The notes: a model not told the origin generated them from the sequence alone. A stretch of DNA of 64,000 nucleotides from Octopus sinensis (GCF_006345805.1 NC_043000.1:52762001-52826000), one strand, 5' to 3'. Positions 12,983 through 27,075 are shown, counted from the first letter of the stretch. Made by a program: numbers and translations.

Positions 12983-13830
12983 AGCACACACACAGGCACA
13001 CACACACGCACATATCTATGTATATGTTCGTATATAAAATTCTACATCTTTTTTAATTTCTCTAAATTGCATGCCCGTATCCACCAATAAACGCGAGCCA
13101 CGCATACAGGCGCGAGTATAGATGATGGGTTAAATTAGGTATTCGTATTTTAGTATATTCATATAAAACGACATGAACTGATGTAAGAATACCGTTTGTT
13201 GTAAAAATATATTATTCTTAAACCAGCCAATATATTTCACAAATATTAAATTTTTTTAATCCTATCTTTATTCATAAATACATTCAATATCGGGGCTTTG
13301 GGCTATTCCATATTTTAATTAGAAATTAGTTATATAGAAATGTTGTACTGCATATACTTATAGAATATTTCAGTAAACAAACTCAAGGATGAATCTCTCA
13401 GTCTGAAAATTTTGCACAGGTGTATTTAATTAGAGACGCAGCAGTAAACAATTTCTGAAGTGTCGAAGTAGCTTATTTTTTCATAATGATATTTCTCTGT
13501 TTTCAATATATATTCCTATAGGTGAAATAATGTTTGATATGACAGGGTAATCATTGATTAAATATTCATATATTGACAACATCTGACGGAATTAGTCTTG
13601 ATACTTAGCAAGGTCAGAATGCATTACTACCTCAATTCTCTCTCTCTCTCTGGTGTATAGAAACACACACATATATATATACATATATAAGTACGTGTGT
13701 GTGTATGTATATATGTGTGTCTGTATGCACGCATCTATGTATGTGTATATATATATATATGACTAAATGTGTATGTGTGTACACTGTATGATTGTTTGGG
13801 CGTCTGTGTGTCTGTATGTATATATATATA

Positions 13831-15174
13831 TTAGGTCATCAAGTATGAAAATTTTAGTAAGGTATATGGTAATCATTAACGGCTGCTCATTTTGCACCAT
13901 TATTATATTTTGACAACCTTTATTTTTTGTTAGAAAGCTGACACATCGATCTCTTTTTCGCAACACATTTTGTGCTTTATAAAGTATTTATAAATCGTTT
14001 TTTTTTTTATATTTGTGTTTACAGATGGGTAAGTCGGAAATTTTGTACAGTTTGAAATGACATTTTTCTTGGAAATACAGCATCGCAGACAGCTCGGAAT
14101 ATTAATGGACTATTTCATTCTAATGATATTGCAGAGCAGACAGTATTAAAGTGGTTTGCAAAATATCGTTCCGGTAACGTCGACCTTACAAATGAGAAAC
14201 GCGGTCGACCAGAAACAAAGGTGGATAATGAAGAACTGAAAGCCACTATCGAATCAAGTCCATCTCAAAGTGCCCGTGAATTATCGTTTTTAACGATAGT
14301 AACAAAAGCACTTCACTTACACACCACACTTTCTGCCTCACCCACCCTATCAAACACACACATACACTCACATTCACACTCACACGCACGCACGTATATC
14401 AATTCTTCCGATTCACGATCATCTTCACAAATGTTAATAAGCACATGTGGTTTGTCACTAGCAGTCGTGTGTTCTTGTAACGAAAGATCGCCAAATAATG
14501 AATAATTTTTTAATCGAATTGTAACATGTGATGAGAAATGGATCCAATACAACAACGGTAAACGTCCAGCACAATGGTTTGAGAAAGACGAGCCACCGAA
14601 ACACAGTCTAAAATGCAAAATTCATCAAAAGAAGCTGATGGGGTGTGTTTGGTAGTCTGGCGCAGGTGTGATCCATTATAATTTCCTTAAACCTGGCTCA
14701 TCAATCACGGCCAACGTATACTGTAGCCAACTGGAGCAAATGATGCAGAAACTTACAGAAAAAAAACAGCCTAGATTAGTCAACAGATCCAATCCTATTT
14801 TATTGCAAGACAAACCTTGACAACATCGCAAAAATGAGATTAACGAAACTATAGGAATTGGAGTTGGAAGTTCTCCATCATCCACCAAACTCACCTGATC
14901 TTACCTCCACTGACTACTCTTCTTCCAGAATTTGGATAACTTTTCGATAGGAAAAAATAAATTCCGACGATGCTGTAAAACAGGCCTTCTAAAATTTTAT
15001 TGACCATAGATTGCCAGGCTTTTACAGTTCCGGGCTGGGCTAGCTTGCGCTGAAATGTGAAAAGAATATTGACAATATGGATGTATACATTGATGAATAA
15101 AACAATTCATTGTATTTATAAAACATTAGCAAACTCTTTTACGTTTTCTACAAATTTCATACTTGACGACCTAA
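13831..15174 (+). mobile_element. Mariner (DD34D) transposon, decayed
   Basis: TA-flanked TIRs TTAGGTC(A/G)TCAAGTATGAAA. Transposase remnants: WFAKYRSGNVDLTNEKRGRP, RIVTCDEKWIQYNN, IHQKKLM, LLQDK, SPDLTSTDY. A CA-rich segment (about 14300-14455) replaces the WVPHEL region. Confidence 0.92.
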
Positions 15175-15299
15175 TATATCTATATATCTGGGGAAGCCTT
15201 TACAATGTATGCTTTTTATAAAGATAGCACAAGCATCACTGTATTTAATAATAATATTTTGAGTAAAAACAACTTTTATAAGAGGAAGAGGACAATCAA

Positions 15300-16080
15300 T
15301 ATATTAGTTCCTGAAATGATTTAATAAACTAATTCAATTTGCATAATCTTCCTTCTGCAAACGCTGCTGAGATTTCTCCTACAAATTTGAGATGTTTGGG
15401 TATTGCGGTACATTGGAACTCATTCAGTATTTTACAGGCATTCCTTTTCAATTTGCACATGTCTTTTTCCTTTAATATTTCGTTTCTTTGTTGGTGTTTG
15501 GATTTATTATCAATCATATAGGGCATAGCGGACGAGTAAGAACCTTAGTGTGCGATGTACTTTAGCGTAATAAGATGGAATGCAGCATTTTAAGAAAATA
15601 CTCTCTAGTTTAAAAAATATTTCATCGCCTTTTTTTCTGGTTTGATGGTTTGAATTTTCCTTAAATACAAGCCATGAGTTTATTTCAGACGAATTCATAA
15701 TACGTTAAGTATATTGATCGTATAATGTTAGTTTTTGTATTATGGAATGGAACGTCAAACTTTTGAATTGCCGATGCATTCTCACACTATCATACACTTT
15801 TATACGCAATATGGCAATATTGATAAATTTCTTTATATTTGTTGTGAATAATGTCAGGTTTCTTCTGCACTCATTGTTAATAAAATAAATTGACTGTAAT
15901 TCAAACTTTGATACTTTCTTTATATAATGCCCAAAGAGAAAAGGTGTAAGAAATTCAATGATGTAAAGTGCTCCCTGTTGATGCATGGTGGTCAAAAACC
16001 CAGTTGCAGTTGGAACATCCACCGCACGGATCCAAACAGCCAACACATTGAAATAGATGTAGGAATAAATAATATACACG
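15300..16080 (-). mobile_element. piggyBac-like transposase remnant
   Basis: Broken minus-strand ORFs give IMNSSEINSWLVFKE (cf. LDxxxINSWILYKE) followed by a degenerate Cys-rich C-terminus (CKLKRNACK...KFVGEISA...RLCK). No TTAA/TIR ends recognised. Confidence 0.35.
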
Positions 16081-16311
16081 TATTTTTACCGTGGTTTTTC
16101 TTATATTTGTTCTCGATATCTTAACTAAATAATACTGTAAAGTATAGTAATTGTCTAACCATGATACTGGAAGCAGAGTGAAATATAATACTTGCGGAGC
16201 TCTAAACATAAGAGAAAGCCACAGGAAATCTATTTTTACTCTTAACAGACAAGATACAGTATTTATAAATATAAACATCCTTCTATCCATCAACTCACCC
16301 ACCCAGCCATT

Positions 16312-16388
16312 CATACATACATACATACATACATACATACATACATACATACATACATACATACATACATACATACATACATACATAC
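16312..16388. repeat. (TACA)n microsatellite
   Basis: Direct inspection. Confidence 0.97.
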
Positions 16389-18239
16389 AAACTTACATGA
16401 AATACACACACATATATTCATTATACGAACTGTATAACTATATTTACTTTATTTGAAAAGTAATATCATTTCTTAATTACTTGAAGAATCCTATGGGGAA
16501 ACTTCACGTTGAATCTGATTCTTAAATACTTATTTCATCTTGTGGAAACATTGATTATTAATTATATTGTCTTGCGCTAGTTTGATATGTATTGGTAAAT
16601 ATTTATAGATTTGTATTAAATGACATTTTAAATTAATATGATTGCTCTCATTATTGTGACAATAAAAGTTATTAATCATATAAAATGAGTTAATCTCGGA
16701 TAGCACGTCTAATTACCATGTCCTAAATTCATATATATCTTTTCTGATGCACTTGATAAAGGGGACAGTTTGGCACTGATTGAAAATTAGTTATATGAAT
16801 TGAATGCTTGTGTCTTCTTCCAGGGCGAAATGTGAGACGGTTACGATCAGGGTGGACAATCTCACTCAGAAATGGGCTTAGAGGAAGTAATTCCTCTTGC
16901 TATATCGGCTCCATCATTACTCTCAGGCTGATCTTTGCACCTTTCACTCACTCCATTTGCCAAATAGCAGTGTCTGTAGATTATTTTACCCGTGGAAACA
17001 TACCTTGAGATTATTCAAGCATTATCCCTCTCTCATAACGGGAAAACGTATTTCATAAAATCAGGCTGATGCTTGAGTATATAAACGATTGACTTTTACA
17101 TAATCCAGATCTGCCAAAGAGACCTGATGTAGGAAAGTACACCTCATGAACGAGTACCACATGTTTTTTCCGTCACAGAAACATGAGAACTTGCAGACTT
17201 TGTGTATAAAGAGAATTTCACATATGTCGTACTCAGTCATACACACGGTTATTTTACGGTAGATGGAATGCCTAATCAGTGGATGGTGTTAATTTCACAC
17301 ACACACACGCACACATACACATGCGCACACATGCACACACACACACGCATACAAACACACAAGGAATGACAGTGAAAACGCTCGATTACTTTCAGAGCAG
17401 ACCAAGAGTAAAGCAAGTTTTTTTAGCCAGCAGTAGATGATAGATGTTACATAATCATTGAGTAGATCCTCTCAACCTAGGATGAATACATTTCTCTAAA
17501 TCGTTTTCTGAATGAAGCTGGCCACCTTCTTCGTAATTTGTTCCCAGGGATATTTTCTGTTAGGTTATCACTTTTCAATTTCTTCAATGTTTGTTCAAAT
17601 TGATTTCATATTTGGTATAATGATAGTTTTGTACGCTGATCATTGGCACAAAATTACTTTTTGCCATAAATCAATAAATAATGAGTTTAAATCTTTCAAA
17701 TGCTGGGGTAATTTTAGCCAAATATAAGGCTATTTACTTAGTAACAAGCTAAGCATGAGAAGTTTTTTATCTGTGAGAAAACACATGGTTCGACAGATAT
17801 ATTCTACTCATTAGGGTGGTCTGAGACGTGCTAAAAATAACAGATAAATATGCCCTAAGTAACGAATCCCATTTTTGTTTTTGATTTTGCACAATCGTAT
17901 GAATTCGTGTGTGTAGAGTACAAATTCGCAAATCATTTCTGAAAATTCCAAACAATAAAACATGCTATGAAAGGTTATAGTGCGTGAGTACAGTAGAATT
18001 CCGACAATATTTCATTTGACAACATGTACTGTCACGCACAAAATGGCAGCTTGCAAATCCTGAATAAGTAGTAAGTAAAAATGATCAAACTTTCAGCCTC
18101 TAACGTTTTGAAATATTTTCTGGAAAAAGTTAAATGTTCCATGCGATTCAGCGTGGGAAATTACGTCAATATACCAAATTTTAAAATTTTCAATAAACAT
18201 TGAAATTGCTACATATGCTGCCCAACAGATATTCTTTCT

Positions 18240-18540
18240 TCTCTGTTCCTTCGCATCACTTCTTATCAAACTAAACTGACCCCCGATCTCCTTAACTACT
18301 TTCTCTGTTCAGCAAAGAATGAGCTGTTCGATAGCTTGGTTTTCTGTTTCAATTACCAACACGTCCTAATATATCATTTACTTCTGCAATCGCCACCACT
18401 TTAATTAGAATGTCCTTAAGTACCTCCTATTCTTTGGTGTATAGGGCTCCTACGGAAAGGTCATTTGCATACATCAACACAACATACCTTCAGTCTAGCT
18501 CGAAATAGATGCGCTTCAAGAGCTCTAGTTTCCACAGGAA
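18240..18540 (-). mobile_element. Decayed non-LTR RT fragment (RTE-like)
   Basis: Minus strand contains LMYANDL (degenerate YADD motif); surrounding sequence is heavily decayed. Confidence 0.3.
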
Positions 18541-18549
18541 TTAATTACG

Positions 18550-20190
18550 AACCAACATGTAGATAAAATGGAATTAGACGGGCTATGGAAAATGTCAATT
18601 TAAATGCAAAATAGTTTAAAACAAATACTAAAAGGGAAAGCCTTCGAACCTGGTGGTGTACAGGTATTCTGACTCAAAAGTTTCTCATTGCAATATCTGA
18701 CCTTTTGATTGTTGACTGCATAGAAAATGGAATGCCAAAAAGAAAATCAGTACTAATACCGAAGGATAAAAAACAAACAGAGGTGATGTCAATAATTATA
18801 GGTTTATAAAATGTGGAAATAACTAAATTGCCTTCATGCTAGATTCTAGAGAAGCTGGTTTTTACTAGGCGGCGAAAAAATTTAGAAAATTATCTCTGAG
18901 TCATTGGTAATTGCTATAAATTGATAGCATGATATTAAAGTATGAATAAGAGAGAACACGAGTTTTTGTATGATAGAGTAGAAGAAAGTTTGTGATAATG
19001 TTCCATAGTTTGGGTTGGGGCAGTCCTTGAGGACGCCCGTTGGGGGTCAATGATAAGATAAGAACTTTTTCCGCTTTTGTGTTTTTTGAAAATAAGGCAA
19101 TGAATCGTTAGGAAAAGTGAAAGTATGCAAGTCTATATTCCAGGAAAAATTCTTCACTTCATTGTAGTTTATGTTAGTCGCTCACACAATCATATTGTGA
19201 AATTCCAAGCCATCCTAAGATTTTGTCGAAACAGTGAAAATAAAAGTCTCAATATGTATCACCGGAAAATGTACACAAAAAATGAAAAGCATTTCAATTT
19301 TCTAATCTAAACTGTAAGAGTATTCAACAAGAATATTGGAAAACAGTGTGGGTAAATAAGTGCGCTGTATTAAGTATGAAAAGAGGCGTGAAGATAAACT
19401 CTAATGGTGTAAAATTACAGCATTAAAAAATGTCATAGATCACTGTGAAATAATGAACGAGGAAGATAACTAGGATGTTGCATGATGATAGGGTGATGGA
19501 AAGGAGATACGAGAAAGAATATCTCCAAAGATATCAAAAGAAGCAGTAGGAAGACTTTCGAAAAAAAGAGAAAAGCAGAGAGAATATTGTCAACGTAATG
19601 AATATATGGACCACGCCAGTATTAAGATCCACGGCTCCTTTTCAAAAATAGACTAAGATAGAACTAGAGGAATTCGAGAGAAAAATACAAATGCTTGTTA
19701 AATACAGATAACTCCATTAACAATTTTATGTTTGTAGAACTATGTTTTATGTAGAGCAGAAAGTATACTATGGACAGATAGAAATATGAAAAACATATCC
19801 ACACACAGTAGAATTCAAACTTAGAAGGAAGGTAGGGCAACTATTTAGGATATGGAATAAAATGAAGAATTCATGCAATGAATCCAATATGTAAAGAAAG
19901 CTGATTGCTGCTGACAGAGAGAAATCTGAATCAAGAACACGAATTGTAGTCACTGTGATACAAGCCATTAGAATTGTTCTGATGCTGGCATAGATTGTGA
20001 AAATACGCACAGTGGTCAAAAGCAGAATCTATGAAAAAGGAGACGAAAATATTAAGCATCTCTTTAGTGAAATAATTAAGTTTGTACTCATAGAGTATAA
20101 ACGCTAGCATAACTGTGTCCATAAATAATGGTTTTGTGATATTAGCTGAGACTGTGAATTCTAAGTGACAAAAAGTTTGTATGAACACAG
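18550..20190 (+). mobile_element. R4/Dong-type non-LTR retrotransposon, decayed copy A
   Basis: KAFEPGGVQVF*LKSF (cf. KAPGPDGVQGFWLK), VLIPKDK, and a C-terminal degenerate zinc-knuckle region EKGDENIKHLFSEIIKF...EYKR*H; probably interrupted by another insertion near 19030-19310. Confidence 0.6.
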
Positions 20191-22700
20191 TCGGGTATTT
20201 TGGAGCATAAAGAAATCAAGGTGAGTGCGATGAAGGAAAGCTAAAGTCGAGAATACCTCAGAAAACCAAATTAATTATAGCGTGTAGACTCAAAGTTAAT
20301 AATAAAAACAGTGCAATGAATAAATGGGCGGTCTCCTTAATACGATACGTTGCAGGTGCTGTTAGACCGACAAAGACCGAACTTGAGGAAACGTATAGAG
20401 AAAAAACAGGCAAGTGATGACAGTGAACAAGGTGCTGCACCCCGAATGTGATATCGATAGACAGTACGAAGAGGAACCAAAGAAAAACTGGAATTTTGCA
20501 ATATTATTTTATTCATTTAGTTTTATATATTTACATTTATATCGACTTCAAAGTATTCTCCATTTGAAGCAAAACGTTTGTTCAGATACGTTTTCCACTG
20601 TTCGAAGCACTCCTGGAACTTTTGCGAAGTGATGTCTTTTAACGCCTCCGTCGGTCTTTTTCTTCACATCTTTCACATCGGCAAAACGTTTACCTTTAAG
20701 GACCTTTTAATTCGGGGGAACAAAAATCAGTCTTTGGGAGCATAATCGGGCGGAAAGGGAGTGTAGGTAAGCGAGGTCATGCCATATCTGGCAAAAATTG
20801 TCCCAAAGTGTTGTGCGCAGGAGCATTGTCGTGATGAATTTACCACTTTCTATTTTGCCACAGGTCGGAGTGTTTTCAGAACTCTTCAGAACTGCCAAGT
20901 AAAATGCCAGTTTAGCAGTTTGACCAGGAGGAACAAATTCTGTGTGAACAATTCCTGTCACATTAATGAATAAAATCAGCACCTCACGCGATTTGGAGGG
21001 AGCGTGCTGACATTGAATGCTTCCATTGACTTGATTGCTGCTTTGTTTTCGGGTCGAAGCCGTATCACCAAATTTCGTTACCAGTGATGACTTTCTGAAA
21101 AATTATCAGATCAACTTTCACCTGTTCTTTCAATTCACGACACACATTCGGTTGTGACTACTTTTGATCTTCCCTGACCAAGCGCGGCGCAAATGTTGCT
21201 GCAACTTTTTTAATTTACAATTCCTCCCTGAAAATTCGTTGGCAGGATCTCCAGGACACAATATCAACTAGTTCGTCAATTGTTTGGCGATGGTCTTCTA
21301 AGATCAGTTCGTGAATTTTCATGATGTTTTCATTCGTTCGAGAGGTCGATGGTCACCCTTACCGTGTTTGATCTTCAAGCACAAGTGCTTATTCCTAAAT
21401 AGTAAAAACCACTCGTAAACTTGTGTTTCGCTCATGGCAGTGCACTTGTAAGCTGTTTGAAGTATGGCAGTTGTTTCGGCCGTCGTTTTCCCCAGCATAA
21501 AAGAGAATTTCACGGAAGCTAACTGTTACTTTGTTGCAGCAACCGCAAATAAGTTGGTGAACAGGGGAGGAGCACAGCAAACAAAGACTCACCACGTTGC
21601 ACTAGGTATTCACTTGACGGCGCTAGTTGGCAGACTGATACCTGAGGGTTTTATCAATAGGCTTTTAGCGGTGGAAGCCTGTACAACAAAGGGCCTGTCT
21701 CACAGATAAACGTTTCCAGTTACTTTTGGGTACCCCCTTTTATGTAACTAGATACAAAGGAGAAGGAGGAGTTTTCATAGGATGCACGTTTTGTGTTATC
21801 AGCGAAGAAAATCATCTGGGATGGTACATCATACAGTTAATTGAACATTTGTTCGCTACTGTTAGAAACAACACGATACCTAATGGAAATGTGGCCCACA
21901 GAAAATAATTTTAAGAAACAAAGATGAAGAACACATTAAACAATTGGAAAGTGAAAGCGATGCGTGCGCAACGCCTCTGAGAAAGGGAAAGTAAAAGTAA
22001 GATGAATAATTGGAAATTGCTGAGGAAAAGGGATATGAAAGGATTCACTGAGGCATTGATATGCAGCGCCCCGGAACAGTCTCTGAGAAGTAATTACACC
22101 AAGTTCCATATAGTTAATCACAGTGGCTCACCGCTTTTAGGATGTGTGACATCACAGCCGAAACAATCTTACGTATTATGAGTGAGCCCATGGGGGATAC
22201 GAAACGATACATGATATAGCAACCAAGTGACTTCACTGAAGATTCTGTGAGAAGTATGCTTTTGAATGTGCAGAGAAATGGTACGAATATGAATCAAAAG
22301 GTGTCACGAAGAATGAGTATATGATTTTAAGTGATTTTACTATTCATTGTGACTCAGTGATTGATACTCAGACATCAGACATTGCTGTAGTGCTAAACTC
22401 AAGTAGGAGATAAGACCATAGACGTTGCCATATATGAGAATGCAGGAGTGGGGGCTAAAGTATTGGAATAGATTGAAAAATGCAAATTTCTAAATGAAAT
22501 TGCACGACTGTGGTCGATGAAGAGAGTAACTGTTATTTCAGTAGTAGTTGTAGTTTACCTGGGAGCATTAACAACCGGGTTTGAGAAATTTGCTGGATAA
22601 ATTGTGGTAGAGTATGATGAAAAACTGCTTCAATGAGGACATGTAGGATCTTGAGATTGGTACTTGGGTGTTAACTATCGTGGAAAGTAACCCAGTGAGA
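20190..22700 (+). mobile_element. R4/Dong-type non-LTR retrotransposon, decayed copy B, interrupted by a mariner
   Basis: NKWAVSLIRYVAG...LHPECDIDRQY before the mariner continues as VTRYKGEGGVFIGC...EENHLGWYI after it; restriction-like endonuclease region (DFTIHCD...DIAVV...IDVAI...EIARLWSMK) near 22330-22660. Confidence 0.75.
20467..21744 (-). mobile_element. Mariner transposon, decayed, nested in a LINE
   Basis: Degenerate TA-flanked TIRs (CGAAGAGGAACCAAAGAAAAACTGGAA / TTCCAGTTTACTTTTGGGTACCCCCTTT). ORF remnants: KFSFMLGKTTAETTAILQTAYKCTAMSETQVYEWF and MLILFINVTGIVHTEFVPPGQT. Confidence 0.85.
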
Positions 22701-24005
22701 CGTATGATAAAAAGGAGCTTTGCGATCTTACGGAATTAAACCGAAGCAAGTGAAATTGACAGCCCTGTGGAGCGAAATGGAAGTAAATGCTTGGAAAAGG
22801 TAGCTGCGAGAACTTAACTCAGTATACATATGCGGTTTATTGTCTTCATCATTGTTCCTTTATTAGAGAATTGCAAGTCGAATGCAATTTAAAGAACCTG
22901 TAATATACGCTAAAGTTTTCAGTTCTAAACGGAAATACAGAGTCAGCAGAATTTACTTTTTCACATTCAGAGTTAAATCAAATAATAGCCAGTAATATAT
23001 TGGTTCAATTTAATTGCGTATTTCTCCTTTAACATTTCTAAATTTATACTATTGCTAGGTTTCAGTATTCATTCATATGTGTATATATATATATATATAT
23101 ATTTACTTTTAACTCTAACTAGATATGGATATATAAAAAAAATACTTACAAGCATACACCCGGCAACGCAAAAGTATAACTACACTCATATATACATGTG
23201 AAATAAAATACATACTCACTAATTTAAATCGTTATATATATATATATGAATAATAAGAATGAGAAAATATAGAGAACATTTATTTAGTTTAACAAAGCAT
23301 AGGTCAGCAGATAAAGATTTTCAAGTTATACAAATAGATAGGTCTTGAGCCTTCGATCGACTACAGAGAAAATATACAAAAGTGAAGTTTTATTTTTTTT
23401 TTGTAACAGACAAAGTTAAAAGTCCTTGTTAGATGGATGTTAATTCAATAAAGTCCTCACATCCCTGTAATGTTAAATCTAATAATAACACCAAGCCACG
23501 GCTATATTACAATCATTTAAATGCGTATTGGAAAAATAAAGCCTAATCATGTTTTTATAATTTCATAGTCTTCCTGTAAATGTATAATAGGAAATCATGA
23601 AAACTCTATAAAATTCCGTGTACGTTTTAGTATTTCCCATTATGAGAGAGAAATATTGCCTGTATAAACTCGTTAGGAATCAACAAATTCTCAGAACAGG
23701 CTTCTCTCGTACTGTGTGATGGGAGATATAATTGTATCTGTACGACTGGCTTCCATTGATTCCATACAGCTAAATTAGAGAGAACGAAATAACGATGCGC
23801 TAGTTTTATTACTTTCAAGTTCAAACTTTCAAATTAACACCGGGCTAGTATGATAACATCAATTGTATTCAGAATTCGTAATTTTAACTTGCTTACTTTA
23901 GTTTCAACATCACGTGATATAACAATTAGAAATACAGCCATTAAGTGACGACAACTATACATTAGTGAAGCAGATGGATGCAAATACGCACACTCGTATA
24001 TACAT

Positions 24006-24062
<57 letters not shown>

Positions 24063-24068
24063 TATATA

Positions 24069-24099
<31 letters not shown>

Positions 24100-24284
24100 C
24101 ATATATATATATATAATATATATATATATATACATATATATATACATATATATATACATATATATATATATATATGCATATATGAAAGACACACATATAA
24201 ACTCATATATATATAAATGTATATATGTATATATATATATATATATATGTATATGAATATATGCATATATATATATATATATTT

Positions 24285-24598
24285 AAGGCGCATGGCTCGG
24301 TGGTTAGAGCATCGAGCTTACGATATTGAGGTTGTGAGTTCGAATCCCTAACCGGGCTGCGTGTTATGTTCTTGAGCAAGACACTTTAATTCACGTTGCT
24401 CCAGTTCACTCAGCAGTATAAATGAGATGCAACGTCACAAGTGCCAAGTTGTATCGGCCTTTGCCTTTCCCTTGGATAACACTGGTGGTGTGGAGAGGGA
24501 AGGCCGGTATGAATGGGTGACTGTTGGTCTTCCATAAACAGCTTTACCCGGACTTGTGCTGGCAGGGTCATGGCTGACCATGGGATTACACCTAGGAA
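24285..24598 (+). mobile_element. tRNA-derived SINE
   Basis: A box TGGCTCGGTGG, B box GTTCGAATCCC, followed by TTCTTGAGCAAGACACTT...GTTGCTCCAGTTCACTCAGC; flanked by (TA)n. Confidence 0.8.
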
Positions 24599-24599
24599 G

Positions 24600-24664
<65 letters not shown>

Positions 24665-24796
24665 CATATATATACGGTTTGTATATATATATTTACTTGC
24701 CTGTGTTGTGTGTAACTTTCTAATTGTGCGCCACTGAATTGTTATGGTATAAAACCATGTGTAAGTATGAGTGTACAGTAAGTGTACAGGTATAGG

Positions 24797-24885
<89 letters not shown>

Positions 24886-25115
24886 ACATAACGAAGGTAC
24901 CTAGACGCAATATAAAACCAAATATAAAAGGAAAAATTCTATTGTCACTGGGGGTGCATGTTAGCATCTACATTGATAGAAACAAGAGTCAATAACCCTT
25001 ATAGTCACAAGAAACTCATTGTCTATCTACTGACAAGGGAGATAACCACCCCACAGTGAGCAAGCTAATTTGGCTTTGAATTAAAGCTCAATATGTGTTC
25101 CTCTGCGTGGATATA

Positions 25116-26380
25116 TAGAGGGGTTTACACAAAATAATGGAAGCACTAAACTTTCAAACAAATTTACTTTAGTAAGAGGTAGGACCGCCTTTGGTAGTAA
25201 TTACAACTTGAATTCTACGCAGTATGGACTCCTAGAATGTTTGAATTGTTTCCAAAGGAATTTGTGTCCATATTTCAGCTAAAACAGTCTCCAGTTTTCG
25301 TAGTGATGATGGAGGATGTTATCGACCTCATACATGTTTTTCTAAAATGCACCATAAATGTTCAATAATATTGAGATCTGGGGATTGTGGTGGCCAGATA
25401 AGATGCTCAACTTCACTAGAATGTTCCTCGTGCCATTCAGTAACAACTTTAGCTGTTTAAATTAGTAGGGTATCATCCTGAAAGAGTGCGTTTCATTCCG
25501 GAAACATTTCCGCAACCATTAGATGAATTGGATCAGATAAAATACTTAAATAGTCTTGACTATTAATTCTGTCACGAAGGCTTGCGGATTTCCAAGGTAT
25601 ACCCCACCCCAATCATCACAGATCCTCCTCCATGTTTAACAGTTGGAACAAAGCAGTCTGGGTGAAATGTTTATTTTGGCTGTCTCCACACATATACTCG
25701 GCCAGTTTTCGGAAATAAAGTAAAGGATGAATATTCTGAGAAAATAGCATTCTGCCCCTGATCGAAGGACCAAATCTGTAGGTTTTTTGCTCCACTCTAA
25801 TCGCTTTGTAATGTTTGTTGAAACTAGTGGTTTTCTGATTGCAGCACTCCTGTGAAATCCGGCTTTGTTCAGCTCCCGGCGAACAATTTTATTTGAAACT
25901 GGGTTCTCGAGGTGGTCATTAAGCTCTGCAGACATTTTGGGAGCTGTACATTTGAGATACTTTCTAACAATTCGTGGAGGATTCCAACAGGGCCTATCAG
26001 AAAGTTTTGGCTTTCTTCCGGAGTTTTGTTTCGACAAGGAGGTTTTTTTCCCTCTTTCTCAAAGGCTGTCATTACTTTCAAGACAGTACTTCTTGATACA
26101 ACAAACATTTCAGCTGTTTTTTGTTCCGCTAGCGCGTGCCAGGGCTGTTGCTTGCGTGTAACGTCTTTGAAAGTCCAATAGATCTGTCATGTTAATTCAT
26201 TTTAACTACCTTTTTTCTTATATCTGAAAGGAAAGAGCAATTTTAGCAAAAGATACTAAGCAACAATAATGATAAATAGAAAATAACATAAACATAAACA
26301 CGCTTTTGACGCTTTTTAGATATTTCAAAATTATGATGCTATGATGCTAGGTTTTTCCATTATTTTGTCCAACCCCTATA
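25116..26380 (-). mobile_element. Tc1-like transposon, decayed (copy 1)
   Basis: TIRs (AG)GGGTT..ACAAAATAATGGAA at both ends, TA-flanked; ORF 25636-26037 encodes a Tc1 HTH region (SGRKPKLSDR...AELNDHLENPVS..IVRRELNKAGFHRSAAIRKPLVS...KRLEW). Confidence 0.88.
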
Positions 26381-26382
26381 AC

Positions 26383-26459
<77 letters not shown>

Positions 26460-26468
26460 ATATATATC

Positions 26469-26745
26469 ATATTAAATTAGAGATAAAACCACTATTAGGC
26501 AAATCAAACTGAAAAGCATAAGCCAATACATAAAATTAATTTAAAAATATAAAAGTTAAGAATAAAAAATTATTTAAAGAATTTAAACTAATAAATTTTA
26601 TATATATATACAAATATATATATGTATGTATATTTCCATATTTATATATTATTTATTTAATTAATTAATTAATTAATTAATTAATTACTTTATTTTTTTA
26701 TTTTGTTTGATTTGCCTAATAGTGGTTTTATCTCTAATTTAATAT
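26469..26745. repeat. Perfect 41-bp inverted repeat of a repeat-family terminus around an AT-rich spacer
   Basis: atattaaattagagataaaaccactattaggcaaatcaaac (26469-26509) versus gtttgatttgcctaatagtggttttatctctaatttaatat (26705-26745); a third copy lies near 10980-11015. Confidence 0.9.
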
Positions 26746-27075
26746 AGTAATATAATATATTTATACTATAAAATTGGATTTAATCTTAAATCTAATTTTT
26801 CCCTGTAAGTTTGGATTTATTCCCTAATATTATTATTATTAATTTATATATATATATTTAAACTCAAGTGTTGAACAGAAAGAACACAACAAGGCGAAAA
26901 CACAGCAACCGGAAATCCATACTGAAAACTAGACGATAACATAACAGACGGGAAACTGGACAAATAGAGGATACACGTACCATTCGCAGCTTATTTCCTC
27001 GTCATTCAATGTCCAGAATTTCCTAGTAATTTTGCGATACACACACACACACACATATATATATTTATATATATG

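Noticed and set aside
16815-17290. Possible in-frame TGA (selenoprotein-like) or piggyBac fragment
   Set aside because: Multiple further stops, no SECIS-like element recognised, and the piggyBac similarity (FHKIRLMLEYIN) is too short.
24285-24360. tRNA genes at SINE heads (also 41410 and 42267)
   Set aside because: A and B boxes are present, but there is no complete cloverleaf, and the sequence continues into SINE bodies.
24990-25070. Degenerate hammerhead-like string ctgacaagggagataacc
   Set aside because: Core mutated and GAAA absent; no helices could be folded.
26975-27025. Minus-strand TGACGAGG...GCGAAT hammerhead-like string
   Set aside because: Lacks C3 and GAAA; too degenerate to call.
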